Shown piece by piece: positions 63,452 to 64,000 of a stretch of DNA of 64,000 nt; position 1 is the first letter of the stretch; each line of letters begins with the position of its first letter. Source of the stretch: Haliotis rubra. Lineage: Eukaryota. A model generated the notes under the pieces. The model worked only from the letters and a program-made list of their open reading frames with translations, was not told where the DNA came from and did no database searches. The stretch covers positions 62,001-126,000 of the forward strand of contig NW_025767308.1 in assembly GCF_003918875.1 (NCBI RefSeq). Reading direction: 5' to 3'. A program made the position numbers and the translations under genes.

Positions 63452-63748
63452 CTGCTCGCACTACGCTGACTCCGTATGTCACTAACCCGCCCACTCCATT
63501 GTCAACTGTCAGACTGTAGTCCCCGAAGTCCTGCTGCTGGAGGTTAGTAAGGTGTAGTCTGGCAGTGACTGAGATGTCTGAGACAGGGCTGGAGGAACCA
63601 GTGAGGTCCTGGCTGGTGCTGATGGATCTCCTCCAGGTGAATGTAGGAAGGGGGTAGGCTAGGACTGACACAGACACAGACACGTCACCACCCAGTGTAG
63701 CAGCGAACTTGAGTGGCTGGGACTCTGAGACATCAAGTCGTGGAGAAC
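63452..63748 (-). CDS. Gene F membrane-proximal Ig exon
   Basis: 297 nt; near-identical to the D and C paralog exons. Confidence 0.88.
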
Positions 63749-64000
63749 CTAACGAAGTGAATGGAAATTCATTATAAATGTGTTGAGAGCTCACCTTGTC
63801 AAGGAGAACCTTATGCAAAACATTAGGCAATGACTCAAAGAATGAAAACCAAGGATCCATTGAGTCACATGTGTTAATCGTCTTCTGTGGTTGGTCAAGA
63901 ACTGTGTTTAAATAATAAATGAAAAAAAGACGTTGACTTAGTAAGTGTTACAATAGTAATATGAGGATGAAAGAGTAAAGTATCTTACAATAGCATGTAC

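Larger units (their letters stand above)
59886..63748 (-). pseudogene. Gene F (3' part): Ig, FN3, TM, tail; frameshift in FN3 and stop just after the TM
   Basis: Exons 63452-63748, 61843-62140 (298 nt), 61183-61338 (TAG at 61205-61207), 60908-60929, 60716-60762, 60527-60619, 60097-60207, 59886-59908. Confidence 0.7.

Overview
Eukaryotic, intron-rich DNA. The repeat landscape suggests a mollusc, possibly abalone, but that is my inference. The window holds a tandem cluster of six immunoglobulin-superfamily (IgSF) receptor genes on the minus strand, which I label A-F: A 371-1762 (runs off the left end), B 6196-12576, C 15810-25394, D 31532-42331, E ~47459-55949, F 59886-63748 (runs off the right end). 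I reconstructed exons by hand from GT/AG sites and phase. Each gene has a leader exon, one V-like exon, then one-domain phase-1 Ig (+/- FN3) exons, a TM exon, and small cytoplasmic exons carrying ITAM-like and/or ITIM-like tyrosine motifs in different combinations. The genes are domain mosaics, and three of the four V-like domains in the window are non-canonical (B-strand Cys replaced by Trp, extra G-strand Cys). The most unusual pattern is repeated tandem duplication of exon edges together with their splice sites in five genes. Examples are open F-G-strand cassettes, one differing from the main exon mainly in the CDR3-like loop, and an in-frame 54-bp ladder of 10 splice donors. Four genes carry apparent frameshift or stop lesions, which could be pseudogenisation or assembly error. 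Introns and intergenic DNA hold SINEs, a Penelope-like relic with a solo LTR inside it, palindrome-ended elements and tandem repeats.
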